A stretch of DNA of 44,163 nt, from assembly GCA_035562415.1 (NCBI GenBank), contig DATMWY010000247.1, positions 1-44,163 of the forward strand. Direction: 5' to 3'. Shown here one piece after another: positions 10,501 to 18,875 of the stretch. The notes under the pieces were generated by a model. That model was not told the DNA's origin. It saw nothing but the letters and a program-made list of their open reading frames with translations, and made no database searches. Each line of letters starts with the position of its first letter. Position 1 is the first letter of the stretch. Position numbers and translations under genes: made by a program. The DNA is from Candidatus Deferrimicrobium sp. (GTDB lineage: Bacteria > Zixibacteria > MSB-5A5 > GN15 > FEB-12).

Positions 10501-10721
10501 AGTATTTGCCTGGCTTTTCTGCGGGAGAATATCACCAATTTGAGGGAGCCGCTTTGAGAGGATTAAAGGCTGTGTTGGAGAGCGTCGATCCGAACGGTGA
10601 ATGGGGTGGGTTACAGAGATGGCCCACACCCGACGGGAAGTTTCTCTGGTTGTGCGAAAAACACTACACAAAATTGGAACGTCCGACACCGAGCTACGAA
10701 AGGCCGCAAAAGAAAAAATAG
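7557..10721 (+). CDS. ROCO-family protein: 11 leucine-rich repeats, Roc GTPase, COR, plus a ~300-aa uncharacterised C-terminal region
   Basis: Eleven 23-aa LRRs (LPPEIAQLQNLQxLxLSxNQLTA). P-loop VIVGQGKVGKT and switch II DFEGQD. COR-like WPKSDMDIEKNIESL follows. The C-terminal third has no motif I recognise. Confidence 0.85.
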   Translation: MPSRDDEILKAIIKKVGVGSMGARRSNDGIVWSLNYFRCGLGKLPPEIAELQNLQELDLSANRLTSLPPEIAELQNLEWLDLSDNALRAMPPEIAQLQSLEWLDLSDNQLTALPPEIAELQNLQWVGLSYNQLTALPPEIAQLQNLQKLNLSGNQLTALPPEIKQLQSLHELDLSGNQLTALPPEIAQLQNLQKLNLSGNQLTALPPEIAQLQYLELLYLTRNRLMALPPEIAQLQNLQTIALSHNQLKALPPEIAQLQNLRWLDLRSNQLTTLPSEIARLRKLEELHLDNNLYLKIPPPEVVKEGVTAIQDYFQRLAAGKVRRYEAKLVIVGQGKVGKTCLSRALRELPFVPQLKTSGVEVNNWTFIHPSLKKQKITLRIWDFEGQDIAHTTHQFFLTGRSLYLLVFNARLGSDVGRIPYWLETIRARAPKCEVILVAAECAECIPKLDYQSLKERFKQQLVHEDYFWIDSRTGLGIEELKKHIAQRASRLDLMGHEWPKSDMDIEKNIESLGAQGTAHTRRQNLQTLMTEAGVDTTQHEALARTLGDLGTITHFPDSMYLNDLIVLNPQWLTGAISAALEDERLEKSGGYLEHHWLTDLWEKRYPALVPTFHRCMEEFEICYPIDGDNTRSLVPLRFRPQKPTIPWKDDPTLLTRNVRYHFQFIPAGVMARFIVKTHRMIVKTADQPYGVFWENGVFLQKDNAQALCEHNPDARTIMFEVRSLYPQSFMEQLCGYLESILEPYKGLNPEKTVGCIGDPTRLPKCAGEFSYDQLMYAMAKEPYTISCSKGWHEVDARILVTGLTSFSREIDRSQRIDESTKRILRELTDVKEVVYRIDAATREIVEHQQRDFVVMLTFIDKAVTEICPAVVAITAADRKPLDPRTWFDRKYRLRLYCQAEEGIHPVGRTYEFSVSREWWLAIGPYAKRFLGILKSVAGPAVAALPLYLNQVEWQIMKDDFQLMEELVKVLDVPEVKDRASQYLPGFSAGEYHQFEGAALRGLKAVLESVDPNGEWGGLQRWPTPDGKFLWLCEKHYTKLERPTPSYERPQKKK
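7686..8444 (+). repeat. in-frame tandem array of eleven 69-nt units encoding the LRRs
   Basis: Period of 69 nt. The units starting at 7962 and 8100 differ at only 2 of 69 positions by hand alignment. Confidence 0.85.
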
Positions 10722-10724
10722 ATT

Positions 10725-10747
10725 GGCAGGTCTGAAGCAGACCTGCC
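10725..10747. terminator. hairpin shared by the convergent ROCO and BirA-like genes
   Basis: ggcaggtctg-aag-cagacctgcc, a perfect 10-bp stem. On the minus strand it is followed by aatctatttttt. It sits 3 nt after the ROCO stop and abuts the BirA-like stop. Confidence 0.55.
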
Positions 10748-11686
10748 CTACGAGTCTCTCAGCACCAGCCTCCCGGTCTTAATCGGCGAGCGGTGGCCTG
10801 AGAGGTACAATTCCAAATTCTCTCCGATTGATTCGACGCGCCCGCTGGCGATGGGTTGATCGTAACTTGTCGCGTCCTCACCATATATGCACACCTCCCG
10901 ACCGATTATATCCGAACGACGACGATACACGTTAAGCAGCTTGCCGTACTGTCCCTGGGCCAGCAGGCCATAGTTTTCCTCCAGTCGCTCAAGTAGGCGC
11001 GGCAACACTGTCCGCTGCGTGCACGCGATCCGGTTCGGAGCAAAATCCTTCAAAGAGGCAACGCGCGGCACAAACGGGTCGCGGGGAACATCCGGCGTCG
11101 ATTCCACGTTGAGGCCGATCCCGATCACTGCCGAGGTCACGACGTCTCCCTGACTCTGGGTGTGGGCGATCACACCCGCAACTTTGGCGTTGTCGATCAA
11201 TACGTCGTTGACCCATTTAATGGAGGCTTTGCCATGGAAACCCTCGATAGCGTCAATAGCCTCGATCACCGACACTGCCGCGAGGATGGTGAAACCGACG
11301 GCGAAGTGATCCACCCTCTGTCTGGGTGCAAAGAAGGCGCATAAATGGATATTTCCGGGCAGCGCCACCCATGGGCGGTTTTTGAAGCCGTGCAGCCTGC
11401 TGCCGGAGCCGGCGAGGGTCAAGATGCCGTTGGGAAGACTGCTTTCGGACTGACTGATTCTAATTAACGCGTCAAATTGTGACTCGGACGCCGTCTTGAC
11501 GGCCAGCAGATATTTCCAGAAAGATTTAGTGCCGATACCGGATCGCAACAATTGGTCTGATCGAAACAGCCCGGAAATCAGGGGCCGAATCTCTTCCTCG
11601 GCTGAGGCCGCGACAACGGCCTGCCAAGGCTGAGTCGCCAGGCCAAGTTCGGCTGCATAATCCGAATCGTCGCAGTAGACGTTCAT
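10748..11686 (-). CDS. biotin/lipoate protein ligase family protein (BirA-like, no obvious HTH)
   Basis: KASIKWVNDVLIDNAKVAGVI matches the KWPND-(L/I)-x-GKK-x-GIL core of biotin protein ligases. The biotin loop is divergent (GSGSRLHGFKNRPW rather than GRGRxGRxW). Confidence 0.6.
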   Translation of the reverse strand: MNVYCDDSDYAAELGLATQPWQAVVAASAEEEIRPLISGLFRSDQLLRSGIGTKSFWKYLLAVKTASESQFDALIRISQSESSLPNGILTLAGSGSRLHGFKNRPWVALPGNIHLCAFFAPRQRVDHFAVGFTILAAVSVIEAIDAIEGFHGKASIKWVNDVLIDNAKVAGVIAHTQSQGDVVTSAVIGIGLNVESTPDVPRDPFVPRVASLKDFAPNRIACTQRTVLPRLLERLEENYGLLAQGQYGKLLNVYRRRSDIIGREVCIYGEDATSYDQPIASGRVESIGENLELYLSGHRSPIKTGRLVLRDS

Positions 11687-11875
11687 GATCTAACCTGTGT
11701 TGTCAATGATGCTGTTCCGAATAACATAATCCGACGCAACTTACGAAAGGTCGGCGCTTTCGGCAATGTCAGCTACAGGGCGCTCGAAGGCTGCCACTTG
11801 AATTCCCATCCCAACCCTCTTATTCTGTCTGCAGATCATAGCTGATTGGTTCGATAATTTGAGCGAGATCATAAT

Positions 11876-13234
11876 ATGAAGGAAAAGACATTGATTGCCT
11901 CAACCTCCGGTGTGCGAGGCATTATTGGCGCCGGCCTGGACCCTTTGGTGGCAATCGGTTATGCCGCCGCCTTTGGCACAATGTTGCGTAAAGGAAGTGT
12001 GGTTGTGGGGCACGACAGCCGCCCATCGGGTGATATGATCACGCGCGCGGTAATTTCGGGGATGGTGTCGACTGGGCGGGACGTCATCGATGTCGGCATC
12101 GTGCCGACCCCGACAGTCGAGATCGCGGTCGCCGAGTTGAGTGCGTCGGGTGGCATCTGCGTGACGGCGTCGCACAATCCAGCTCAGTGGAATGCCCTCA
12201 AATTCTTCAACCGCGAAGGCGAATTCATTACACCGGCCCAATTCAAGAAGCTTCAGGCTATCTACAACTCAGGCCGGTTCGACTTTCGACCGTTTTTCGA
12301 GCTTGGTGAAATCGAAACTCAGTCGCACTGGATCGAAAGGCATGTGCAACTGATCTTGGCTGCGCCGTCTCTGAAACTGCCAGCAATAAAGCGTCGCCGG
12401 TTCCGCGTCGTGGTTGACGCTATTAACGGCGCTGGTTCCGTGGCATTGCCGCTCCTGCTGAGAAAAATGGGCGTGACCGTTGTAGAGATAAATTGTCGCG
12501 GTGACGGCGACTTTGTTCATGAGCCGGAGCCGGTGCCCGCAAATCTTGGCCAGGTGAGCAAAGCAGTACGACGCCACAAGGCCGACCTCGGCTTGGCCTG
12601 CGACCCCGACGCCGATCGTCTGGCGCTGGTCGACGAAATCGGTCATCCGATCGGCGAGGAGCTGACGCTTGCTATTGCCGTGAAGCAGGTTCTTAAGAAC
12701 GCTTCCGGGCCGGTCGTGATAAATCTATCAACCTCCAATGTTACGGCTGACGTGGCGCGATTGTCAGGCTCAAAGGTCTATTATTCTCCGGTGGGCGAAG
12801 CCAATGTAGTGCACATGATGCGCCGACGTCAGGCGGTTATCGGAGGAGAGGGCAACGGCGGCGTTATCTATCCTGCAGTTCACACCGGCCGCGACGCTCT
12901 GGTGGGCGCAGCGCTCATTCTGTCATGCCTGGCAGAGGAAAAAACGAGTCTGGCCGGCCTTGTGCGAACGCTGCCGAAGTATTATATTAAAAAGACGAAA
13001 GCGGTACTTCCGGAGAACTTTTCCAATCGCCTGCGCCGGTTTGAACGTGAAACTGCGAAACTTCTGGGCGCTACGCGCTGTGACCGCCGTGACGGTCGGC
13101 GCTTTGATTTCCGACAGGGGTGGCTTCAAATTCGCGCCTCGAACACCGAACCGATCTTTCGGCTTATTGTAGAAACAGTCGATAAAGACTTAACCGACCG
13201 GCTATGTAAGCAAATCGAAGGGTATTTCACCTGA
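11876..13234 (+). CDS. glmM: alpha-D-phosphohexomutase, probably phosphoglucosamine mutase
   Basis: Active-site TASHNPAQWNALKF and metal loop DPDADRL. It lies immediately upstream of glmS. Confidence 0.7.
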   Translation: MKEKTLIASTSGVRGIIGAGLDPLVAIGYAAAFGTMLRKGSVVVGHDSRPSGDMITRAVISGMVSTGRDVIDVGIVPTPTVEIAVAELSASGGICVTASHNPAQWNALKFFNREGEFITPAQFKKLQAIYNSGRFDFRPFFELGEIETQSHWIERHVQLILAAPSLKLPAIKRRRFRVVVDAINGAGSVALPLLLRKMGVTVVEINCRGDGDFVHEPEPVPANLGQVSKAVRRHKADLGLACDPDADRLALVDEIGHPIGEELTLAIAVKQVLKNASGPVVINLSTSNVTADVARLSGSKVYYSPVGEANVVHMMRRRQAVIGGEGNGGVIYPAVHTGRDALVGAALILSCLAEEKTSLAGLVRTLPKYYIKKTKAVLPENFSNRLRRFERETAKLLGATRCDRRDGRRFDFRQGWLQIRASNTEPIFRLIVETVDKDLTDRLCKQIEGYFT

Positions 13235-13249
13235 TCGAAGGAACGAGCT

Positions 13250-15076
13250 ATGTGTGGTATTGTAGGCTACGTTGGCAGTAGAAAGGCGCTGCCCATTCTG
13301 ATGAGCGGCCTGAAGCGGCTGGAATACCGCGGCTATGACTCGGCGGGTATTGCACTTTTGGCCGACGACGGCCTCATGGTGGCGAAAACGGCCGGCAAGA
13401 TCGGACGATTGGAGGAATTGCTCGGCGACAACGATTACGATTGCTCGCATGGCATTGCCCACACGCGTTGGGCGACCCACGGTGAACCCACTCAGCTCAA
13501 CGCCCACCCCCATACCGACGAAAAGGGTGAAATCGCATTGGTCCACAACGGCATCATCGAAAACTATCGCACGCTCAGGGAGTTTCTGACCCGGCAAGGC
13601 TACACAATTCGCACGGAAACCGACACTGAAATTCTCGTGCATCTGATTCGATTTCATTATCGCGGCTCGCTGACCGAGGCGGTGCGCGCGGCGTTGATCG
13701 AGGTGGAAGGAACATATGGTATTGCCGTCATATCATCGATGCATCCCGGCGTTCTAGTGGCCGCGCGGATGGGATCGCCGCTGGTAGTCGGTGACGGGGA
13801 TGGAGAAAATTTCATTGCCTCGGACGTGTCGGCCATGCTCGAACATACCAACCGGGTCGTCTACCTCGAGGACGGCGAAATCGCCACCGTTACGGCACAC
13901 GAATACAACATCACCACGATTCAGAACGTGCGGATCACCCCTCAAATCGAGGAAGTCTCCTGGACGCTCGATATGATCGAAAAAGAGGGATACGAGCATT
14001 TCATGCTCAAAGAAATCCACGAGCAGCCGACGACGCTGCGCAACGCCTTTCGCGGCCGACTGAATTGGGAGGAGGGCATTCCCCGGCTGGGCGGATTGAA
14101 CCTCCAGTACGACGCTTTGCGGGAAATCAAACGCGTCATTATTACCGCTTGCGGTACCTCCTGGCATTCGAGCCTGATCGGCGAATATATCATCGAGGAA
14201 CTGGCGCGGGTGCCCGTGGAAGTGGAGTACGCTTCGGAGTTTCGCTATCGCTCGCCGATATTTGATCCGCACACGATTTTTCTGGCCGTCAGTCAGTCCG
14301 GAGAAACAGCGGACACATTGGCCGCGATGCGGGAAGCCAAGAAACGCGGCGTCACGACGCTCGGCGTGGTCAACGTCGTCGGTTCGTCGGTCGCCCGGGA
14401 GTCGGACGGCGGCGTGTATATTCACGCCGGGCCGGAGATCGGCGTGGCCTCGACCAAAGCCTTCACCTCACAGGTGATGGTGCTGTCTCTCATAGCCACG
14501 CTCCTGGCGCGGATGCGCACCCTGTCGGTCCAGCAGGGGCAGGAGATTATGGACTGCATCCAGAAAATTCCCGATCAGGTCCAGTCTATTCTGGAGGCCG
14601 GCGATCAGATCAGACAGATCGCCGAGGCATATTACCGGGCCAACAATTTCCTCTACCTCGCCCGCGGGATTAATTTCCCGGTGGCGCTGGAAGGAGCGCT
14701 CAAGCTCAAGGAAATCTCCTACATTCATGCCGAAGGGTACCCGGCCGCTGAAATGAAGCATGGCCCGATCGCTCTCATCGATGAAAACATGCCGGTCGTC
14801 GTCATTGCGCTCAAGGATCCGGTGTATGACAAGGTGATGTCGAACATTGCCGAAGTGCGAGCGCGCAACGGCCGCGTCATCGCCATCGCTACCGAGGAGG
14901 ACACCGAAATCGCCGACCGCGTTAATCACGTCATTTACATTCCGCCGACCTTTCGTCTGCTGACCCCGCTGCTGTCGGTTATCCCCTTACAGCTGCTCGC
15001 TTACCATATAGCGGTGCTGCGCAATTGCCCGGTCGATCAGCCGCGCAACCTGGCCAAATCAGTGACGGTGGAATAA
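13250..15076 (+). CDS. glmS: glutamine--fructose-6-phosphate aminotransferase
   Basis: N-terminal MCGIVGY nucleophile, two SIS domains and the typical C-terminal AKSVTVE. Confidence 0.95.
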   Translation: MCGIVGYVGSRKALPILMSGLKRLEYRGYDSAGIALLADDGLMVAKTAGKIGRLEELLGDNDYDCSHGIAHTRWATHGEPTQLNAHPHTDEKGEIALVHNGIIENYRTLREFLTRQGYTIRTETDTEILVHLIRFHYRGSLTEAVRAALIEVEGTYGIAVISSMHPGVLVAARMGSPLVVGDGDGENFIASDVSAMLEHTNRVVYLEDGEIATVTAHEYNITTIQNVRITPQIEEVSWTLDMIEKEGYEHFMLKEIHEQPTTLRNAFRGRLNWEEGIPRLGGLNLQYDALREIKRVIITACGTSWHSSLIGEYIIEELARVPVEVEYASEFRYRSPIFDPHTIFLAVSQSGETADTLAAMREAKKRGVTTLGVVNVVGSSVARESDGGVYIHAGPEIGVASTKAFTSQVMVLSLIATLLARMRTLSVQQGQEIMDCIQKIPDQVQSILEAGDQIRQIAEAYYRANNFLYLARGINFPVALEGALKLKEISYIHAEGYPAAEMKHGPIALIDENMPVVVIALKDPVYDKVMSNIAEVRARNGRVIAIATEEDTEIADRVNHVIYIPPTFRLLTPLLSVIPLQLLAYHIAVLRNCPVDQPRNLAKSVTVE

Positions 15077-15199
15077 CGCCGGCACCGATTGTTCGTTTCT
15101 CGTTTCCATCGCAAGAAATGGCTTGAGCCGCTCTGGGCAGAATTCTATATTCCCAGTGCTATGATGGCAGGTTCGAAATTTAGCAGCAGGAGACCGAAG

Positions 15200-16723
15200 A
15201 TGACAACTCGCAGCCGCTTGCTACCAGCGCTTTTGCTCGCTCTTCTTTCGATCTCTTTGAACTCCTGCGGCAACAGCGAGGCCATCCGTCTGCGGTATGA
15301 AGCGGAAAAGGCGCTCCACCAGGCCGAGAAGCAGCTTGAGGATACCGGCATCAAACCAGAGCTCGTCGATCCTCAAATGCGAAAAGCGATCGCCGCGAGT
15401 TTTGCCCACGTGGTGCAATTGTGCTATCGATCATTGAACTCGGTCGACAGTCTTCGGAGTCCGGTCGAATATCGAGAGCTGCAGATACTGGCGTTTCGTT
15501 CCTCTACCCGCCTGTCACAGTTAAACTATGCCGCCAAACGATTTGACACCTGCGTCGCGATTTTGAACGAATTTCTGACTCATGTGAAACCCGGCGGATC
15601 GGCGGCCCTGGCAACGTACGTCAATCTCGGCCAGGCCCTGCAGGCATCGCGCCACTGGGACAGCGCTCTCGTCGTGTACAATTATGCGGTGCAGAACTTT
15701 TACCCGCCGGCGGATGATTCCGGAGAAGTCATGCTGTCTCTGTTCAGTCTTCCCGCACACATTTACAGGGTCACTGAAATCAGCGGCGATTCGCTGGCCG
15801 CTCGTCAGAAATTCGCCGACGCGGAACGATATTACTCCGGCCTGATTTCCGGGTACCCGAATACCCGGCTGGCCGTGGCCTCGCGCGCCATGCTGTCACG
15901 TCTTTATGACCAAACCGGTCAATGGGAAAAGGCACTGGCACAAATGCAACTGGTCGCCGAGTCTCCTCCCGCCGACCAAAAATCAGCGCCGGGTCGTTCC
16001 GGATCATCAGCTAATCTCGCGGTTCGTCTGCGTATAGCCGACGTGTACGCCGCCAGAATGAAAGATTTTGCGCAGGCGATACGACTGTATAATGAAATCC
16101 TCGATAGTCTTGGCCCGGATGACTCGCTTTCACGAGCGCTGGTCATGTTCAAGATCAGTCTGGTCGACATGGAACAGGGGCGCTACGCCGAAGCTCGACA
16201 AAAATTAATAGACCTCAAGGAAAATTATCCTCGTTTTTATGTCGGTACTCCGATGGCCCAGTATGCCATGGCCCGCTCTTTTGAGCTTGAGGGAAACTGG
16301 AATCGGGCGGAAATCGAATATACGTTCTTGATTCAGCATTATCGCGGGTCAGACGAGGCCATGTCCACGTACCTGTATGTCGCGAACCTGTTGGACAAAC
16401 AGGGACGAGCGCCGGAGGCGGCGCGATGGTATCGTGAGGCGGAACAGTACTTTGACGAGGCGGCGGCTCAGGGGGCCGGGACGATCGGCGAAGCTAAAGC
16501 GTTGGCGTTCAAGGCCGATCTATACTATCAAAAGAAAGAATGGCCAAAGGCCGCCGAAATTCTGCTGACATTGTTCGAAAAATGTCCACAGTCCGACCCG
16601 GGCCGCCGTGCCCTGTTAAAAGCTTCCGCCATTTACCGAAACATACTTAAAGAACCCGCTCGCGCCGATTCGCTTATTGAGGTACTAAAGGCCAGCTTCT
16701 CGGAAGTGGCCGAAGAATGGTAA
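15200..16723 (+). CDS. TPR-repeat lipoprotein
   Basis: Start moved to ATG 15200 (AGGAG ~7 nt upstream). This gives MTTRSRLLPALLLALLSISLNSCGN with an L-N-S-C lipobox. The remainder is TPR-like helical repeats. Confidence 0.65.
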   Translation: MTTRSRLLPALLLALLSISLNSCGNSEAIRLRYEAEKALHQAEKQLEDTGIKPELVDPQMRKAIAASFAHVVQLCYRSLNSVDSLRSPVEYRELQILAFRSSTRLSQLNYAAKRFDTCVAILNEFLTHVKPGGSAALATYVNLGQALQASRHWDSALVVYNYAVQNFYPPADDSGEVMLSLFSLPAHIYRVTEISGDSLAARQKFADAERYYSGLISGYPNTRLAVASRAMLSRLYDQTGQWEKALAQMQLVAESPPADQKSAPGRSGSSANLAVRLRIADVYAARMKDFAQAIRLYNEILDSLGPDDSLSRALVMFKISLVDMEQGRYAEARQKLIDLKENYPRFYVGTPMAQYAMARSFELEGNWNRAEIEYTFLIQHYRGSDEAMSTYLYVANLLDKQGRAPEAARWYREAEQYFDEAAAQGAGTIGEAKALAFKADLYYQKKEWPKAAEILLTLFEKCPQSDPGRRALLKASAIYRNILKEPARADSLIEVLKASFSEVAEEW

Positions 16724-16791
16724 TAGCAGAACCCGCCAGCGGGCGCAGTGTACAAGCATGAGGTAATATGACTGTTCGATTTGGAGGAAAG

Positions 16792-17361
16792 ATGAAACCA
16801 AAGGTATTGATGATTCTATGCGCGACGGCGCTGCTGATGGCGGCGGGAGCCGGCGCTCAGGTTGACTTTCTCGGTTTGACCGACACGCTCTACGCTGATA
16901 TCGCCAAAGTCAACGATTTCAACTGGACGATTACTATTTCGTTTAGTAACGATGAAGCGGTAGCGGGCCTGACGGTGCCGCTTAAATTATCGGCCGGAAT
17001 GGCGCGGATAGTGGCCGATTCGGCGATTTATGCCGGTGGGCGCGCGGAAAAATTCGCGTACAAAGGCTTTCGGTCCGACAGCGCTCTCGGATGTGTCCTT
17101 TTGGGAATGATTGCCAACATGGGCCCCACGCAAAACCAGCTCATCGCCGGCAAGGGACGCCTGGCGACGATTTTCGTCTCGTCCAGAGATCGCAAGCCGA
17201 TTGAAAAATTGACGGTGGACACGACGACCTTGTCTCCCAACAATTCCCTGATGGCGGTAGCCGACTTGAGCGCAATGAAAGCTCTGCAGGACACGATACC
17301 GGCACATATGAGCAAGAAACGCGAAATCATACCGGCGTTTTTGGCGCGGCAGGTCAAGTAA
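16792..17361 (+). CDS. hypothetical secreted protein
   Basis: ATG 16792 has GGAGG 4 nt upstream. Signal peptide MKPKVLMILCATALLMAAGAGAQ. No recognised motif. Confidence 0.5.
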   Translation: MKPKVLMILCATALLMAAGAGAQVDFLGLTDTLYADIAKVNDFNWTITISFSNDEAVAGLTVPLKLSAGMARIVADSAIYAGGRAEKFAYKGFRSDSALGCVLLGMIANMGPTQNQLIAGKGRLATIFVSSRDRKPIEKLTVDTTTLSPNNSLMAVADLSAMKALQDTIPAHMSKKREIIPAFLARQVK

Positions 17362-17392
17362 TCGGCCGCTGTACAAGACTTATGGCGTCAGA

Positions 17393-17416
17393 CGCCCGGT
17401 AAGTGCCGGGCGTTTT
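17393..17416 (+). terminator. rho-independent terminator
   Basis: cgcccgg-taagtg-ccgggcg followed by tttt, 32 nt after the stop of the upstream gene. Confidence 0.6.
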
Positions 17417-17574
17417 GCTTTGCACTTTCACATTCGGTACGCTCCCAGTAGATAGTAAGTCGGGTTCCGAATCTCGTGTCAGCGGGATAAATAACCCAAC
17501 AACAATTTCCGAAGAAAATGTCGGGTTTCCCGTCCCCGACTGGTCGGGGACTTGGAACCCGACCTACGAAACTC

Positions 17575-18813
17575 TCACGTACTTTCCGGATCAGGTTCGA
17601 TCTTCGCCTTGGCCGTGACGACCGCGTGCTCCTTGGTCGCCGCAAATTTTCTCAGCCGCTCGAGCTGCTCTTTGTTCAGTCGCTGCTTCTGGATGATTTC
17701 TTTCATCAGGCCTCGGCCGTCAAGCACAAAGTACTCATTCAAACCAAATTCGCGAGCCAGTTTAGACAGTTCGGCAAATGCGCGTGCGTCGTCCGATTTG
17801 GTCACGAACTCTTCCTTGCGACTCACTGTCACCTGCACCCGGCCGCCGGCTCCTTCGAGCCTCGTGACATTCATCTCCTTGGCCAGCGCGATAATCTCCG
17901 TCCTCAGCGCCGTTCGTTCGGCGTCGGCCAGCTTACTGTTCTGGTCAATTTCAAGGAACCTAGTCGCCAGGGCATACGCTCTCTCAGCCGGTGACCCGGT
18001 GGCCTCAGCCGAACCAGCCCGCTGCGCGTCAATCATCAGCTTGTGCCTTTTGGCCGGACAGAGGGTAAAAAAGTCGCAGTAGCTGCAGTGGCGCCCCTCA
18101 ATCGTGGGAAAACTATCCAGCCGCTGCGCTTCAATCGTCTCAAGGACCGCCCCTCGCAGATTCTCCTGCAGCTCGTCAAGCTCGTCGGGCCGCAGCTGAT
18201 GTCGCACGATCTCGTCCATGCGGAGATAGTACTGCGCCAACTCGATCGTTTTCCACTGTGGGTAATTCTGCGCCACCGCCAGTTGGTACAATCCCATCTG
18301 ATACCTGAAATCCTCGTCGGTCGGCCTGGCCAGATTACGGCCCGTCTTGTAGTCGCAGATCTCAACGACGCCGTCCTCGCGTTTCCACAAGCGATCAACG
18401 ATGGCCAGAAATCGATATTGCGTTCCGTCGAGGGTAAAAGTGAGGCGCAGCTCGGTTCCGAGAAGTGTCCCCTGAGTAAATGGCTGATACCGCTCGTAGT
18501 GCTTTGAAAGCAGCCTCTCGCCGAGACGAATGAAGTCATCCACGGTGTGATATTCATCGGTGAGGCTGATGTGCTGTTGCCGGGCGCTTTCCCACTGTGC
18601 GCGATAGAAAGAGAGCATCTCCGGCTGCGGCAGAAGGACTCCGTCGGAGCCAAGTTCATAGAGGCGGGCCAGCGTGCGGTGGATAACATTGCCGAGAAAC
18701 GTATCGGCGGTTACTTTGCGCGGAACATCCACCTTTTCCACGTAGCGAAACTTGAACTGCCGCGGGCAGGTGCGGAAGGAATCGAGCGAGCTGTAGCTGT
18801 AACGAGAGAGCAT
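17575..18813 (-). CDS. PD-(D/E)XK nuclease family protein (RecB/AddB/Cas4-type fold) with a C-terminal extension
   Basis: N-terminal YSYSSLDSFRTCPRQFKFRYV. Nuclease core DRL...EICDYKTG. Cys cluster CSYCDFFTLCP, which with the N-terminal Cys is typical of the Fe-S cluster-bearing members. The last ~150 aa are charged/helical with no motif. Confidence 0.75.
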   Translation of the reverse strand: MLSRYSYSSLDSFRTCPRQFKFRYVEKVDVPRKVTADTFLGNVIHRTLARLYELGSDGVLLPQPEMLSFYRAQWESARQQHISLTDEYHTVDDFIRLGERLLSKHYERYQPFTQGTLLGTELRLTFTLDGTQYRFLAIVDRLWKREDGVVEICDYKTGRNLARPTDEDFRYQMGLYQLAVAQNYPQWKTIELAQYYLRMDEIVRHQLRPDELDELQENLRGAVLETIEAQRLDSFPTIEGRHCSYCDFFTLCPAKRHKLMIDAQRAGSAEATGSPAERAYALATRFLEIDQNSKLADAERTALRTEIIALAKEMNVTRLEGAGGRVQVTVSRKEEFVTKSDDARAFAELSKLAREFGLNEYFVLDGRGLMKEIIQKQRLNKEQLERLRKFAATKEHAVVTAKAKIEPDPEST

Positions 18814-18875
18814 AGGAGTAACCTCAGGAGGACCCTATATAACGGTTTCGGAATACCGACGTAAGACCGGAATTA

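Noticed and set aside
13754-14425. Long antisense ORFs inside well-supported genes, for example 713-1291, 6052-6672, 13754-14425, 17552-18082, 24404-25030, 28637-29203 and 29884-30495.
   Set aside because: They lie opposite genes with strong family signatures and have Arg/Gly/Pro-biased composition typical of GC-rich shadow frames.
15089-15199. N-terminal extension of the TPR protein from the ORF track.
   Set aside because: The internal ATG 15200 has an AGGAG SD and yields a clean lipoprotein signal peptide, whereas the extension starts only 13 nt after the glmS stop and has no SD.
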